Source of the DNA: an uncultured Smithella sp.
GTDB lineage: Bacteria; Desulfobacterota; Syntrophia; Syntrophales; Smithellaceae
Reading direction: 5' to 3'
Length of the DNA stretch: 46,367 nucleotides
NCBI GenBank assembly: GCA_964450075.1
Contig: CAYVFA010000003.1
Location: 1 to 46,367, forward strand
Below are positions 44,894-46,367 of the stretch, one piece after another (positions within the stretch are counted from its first letter, which is position 1; every line of letters begins with the position of its first letter). The position numbers and the translations under genes are program-made. The notes beneath the pieces were generated by a model, which worked only from the letters and a program-made list of their open reading frames with translations, was not told the origin of the DNA and searched no databases.

Positions 44894-46189
44894 GTGATCC
44901 CGAGATATTCAAGAGAAAAAATGACGGCGATCTGGAGCCAGGAAAATAAGTATCAGAAATGGCTGGATGTGGAAGTGGCGGCTTGTGAAGCGATGGTGAA
45001 GCTCGGTAAGGTTCCGGCTGCGGCTGTTGAGACGATTAAAGCGAAGGCAGTTATTAACGTTGCCCGGATCGATGAAATTGAAAAAATCACCAAGCATGAC
45101 GTCATCGCTTTTGTAACATCACTCACGGAAAAAATAGGTGAGGACGGCCGTTTTATTCACATGGGCCTCACGTCATCCGATGTTCTGGATACAGCGCTGG
45201 CCATACAGCTCAAAGAAGCGGCGGAAATTTTGCTTGACGATCTTGATCTGCTACTGCCCGTATTGAAAAATAAAGCCTTTGAACATAAAAATACTTTAAT
45301 GATCGGCCGATCGCACGGCATTCATGCCGAACCGATTACGTTTGGTTTGAAAATGGCTCTTTGGTATCAGGAAATGGAGCGCAACCGCGAGCGTCTTGTC
45401 CGAGCCAAAGAAACCGTCAGCTACGGAAAAATCGCGGGAGCCGTCGGAACTTTTTCATTTATCGATCCGTTTGTCGAAGGGTATGTTTGTGAAAAGCTGG
45501 GTTTGAAACCGGCGCCAGTGTCCTCGCAGATTGTTCAGCGCGACCGTCACGCGGAGTTCTTTGCCACACTGGCGATTATCGCATCCTCACTGGATAAGTT
45601 TGCTCAGGAAATTCGCCTGCTGCAAAGAACGGAAGTGCGGGAAGCGGAGGAATATTTTTCTCCCGGCCAGAAAGGCTCTTCGGCCATGCCGCACAAACGC
45701 AATCCGGTGCTTTCGGAAAATATCTCAGGTCTGGCCCGGCTGGTGCGTTCTTATGCTGTCGCGGCTCTGGAGGATGTTGCACTGTGGCATGAACGGGATA
45801 TCAGCCACTCTTCAGTCGAAAGAGTTATCGGACCGGACGCGACCATTGTTCTGGATTTCATGCTGGGGCGGTTTACCGGAATGATTGATAAACTGGTTGT
45901 TTATCCGAAACGCATGTTGGCGAATCTGAATATGACGCATGGTGTGATTTTCTCGCAAATGGTACTGCTGTCGCTCATCGAAAAAGGGACGACGCGAGAA
46001 GACGCATACGCCATTGTCCAGAAAAACGCGATGAAATCCTGGACGGAAGGCATCGAATTCAGAAAACTCCTGGCTGCAGACGAGATGGTTCAAAAATTCC
46101 TGAATGAAAAAGATCTGGATGGTATTTTCAACGTCAATAATTTCTTAAAGAACCTGGATTTCATCTTTAACCGGGTTTTCGGAAAATAA
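44894..46189 (+). CDS. purB: Adenylosuccinate lyase
   Basis: IPRYSR..M..IWS...K...WL.VE.A...A, HDV.AF, GLTSSD..DTA, GR.HG.HAEP.TFG, and the signature SSAMPHKRNP; 431 aa. GTG start. Confidence 0.92.
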   Translation: MIPRYSREKMTAIWSQENKYQKWLDVEVAACEAMVKLGKVPAAAVETIKAKAVINVARIDEIEKITKHDVIAFVTSLTEKIGEDGRFIHMGLTSSDVLDTALAIQLKEAAEILLDDLDLLLPVLKNKAFEHKNTLMIGRSHGIHAEPITFGLKMALWYQEMERNRERLVRAKETVSYGKIAGAVGTFSFIDPFVEGYVCEKLGLKPAPVSSQIVQRDRHAEFFATLAIIASSLDKFAQEIRLLQRTEVREAEEYFSPGQKGSSAMPHKRNPVLSENISGLARLVRSYAVAALEDVALWHERDISHSSVERVIGPDATIVLDFMLGRFTGMIDKLVVYPKRMLANLNMTHGVIFSQMVLLSLIEKGTTREDAYAIVQKNAMKSWTEGIEFRKLLAADEMVQKFLNEKDLDGIFNVNNFLKNLDFIFNRVFGK

Positions 46190-46197
46190 AGAGAATC

Positions 46198-46227
46198 ATC
46201 AGGCCGGGTCAAAAGACCCGGCCTGAT
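46198..46227. terminator. Hairpin between convergent purB and nadB, likely a bidirectional intrinsic terminator
   Basis: ATCAGGCCGGGTC-AAAA-GACCCGGCCTGAT: a perfect 13 bp GC-rich stem with a 4 nt loop, 9 nt after the purB stop. The T-runs are not immediately adjacent, so its efficiency is uncertain. Confidence 0.6.
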
Positions 46228-46245
46228 GGCAAAGTTTTTCAGAAA

Positions 46246-46367
46246 TTATTTTTTAACCAGAATCGTATCCTTCAGGAAAGAATCCTTTGACTCCGGATAG
46301 TCAATGGTAAAGTGCAGGCCGCGGCTTTCTTTTCTGGCCAGAGCGCTCTGCACGATCAGTTTGGCCA
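46246..46367 (-). CDS. nadB: L-aspartate oxidase, C-terminal 40 codons (gene continues beyond the window)
   Basis: The reverse strand reads [39 protein letters not shown]-stop. The [12 protein letters not shown] block is the conserved C-terminal motif of NadB and related flavoproteins. It is too short to appear in the ORF track. Confidence 0.6.
   Translation of the reverse strand, partial: AKLIVQSALARKESRGLHFTIDYPESKDSFLKDTILVKK

Noticed and set aside
1-46367. I scanned for CRISPR arrays, rRNA, prophage or defence islands, and toxin-antitoxin pairs.
   Set aside because: No regularly spaced direct repeats were seen and there are no long non-coding stretches; the largest intergenic gap is about 285 nt. 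No phage, defence or TA-like small gene pairs were recognised. The only repeat found is the trivial 10 bp duplication at 39831-39850.

Overview
This 46.4 kb chromosomal window has about 50% GC and looks like an anaerobic, probably Desulfobacterota-type, bacterium; that assignment is inference only. It contains no CRISPR array and no rRNA.

Gene content from left to right:
- The 3' end of a tRNA, followed by a degraded DDE-transposase remnant.
- A large hybrid sensor kinase with about six PAS domains.
- A complete glycogen locus: malQ, glgB, glgA, glgP, a GH13 neopullulanase-like enzyme, a phosphoglucomutase-family mutase, and a convergent glgC.
- A small DUF2934-like basic protein.
- A translationally coupled N-degron module, clpS-clpA-aat.
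- A secreted serine hydrolase.
- A single 775-codon ORF fusing a cyclic-nucleotide-binding domain, acetate kinase and a PduL-type phosphotransacylase.
- A divergently transcribed, tightly coupled Wsp-ordered chemosensory operon: MCP, CheW, CheR-TPR, Cys-motif CheW, CheA-REC and CheB. Its terminal gene encodes REC-PP2C phosphatase rather than a diguanylate cyclase, and an ICMT-like membrane methyltransferase follows.
- A CoA-transferase.
- A second MCP with a near-identical signalling tip.
- A minus-strand operon: Rrf2 regulator, metX, metW, ridA, MOSC and a GltD-like Fe-S flavoprotein.
- An MltD-like lipoprotein and a secreted Lys-rich 11-mer-repeat protein.
- purB, a hairpin terminator, and the 3' end of nadB.

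The most interesting candidates are the cNMP-Ack-PduL fusion, the Wsp-like pathway with a phosphatase output, and the Rrf2-metXW-RidA-MOSC-reductase operon. All product calls come from reading motifs in the translated ORFs. No database search was run.
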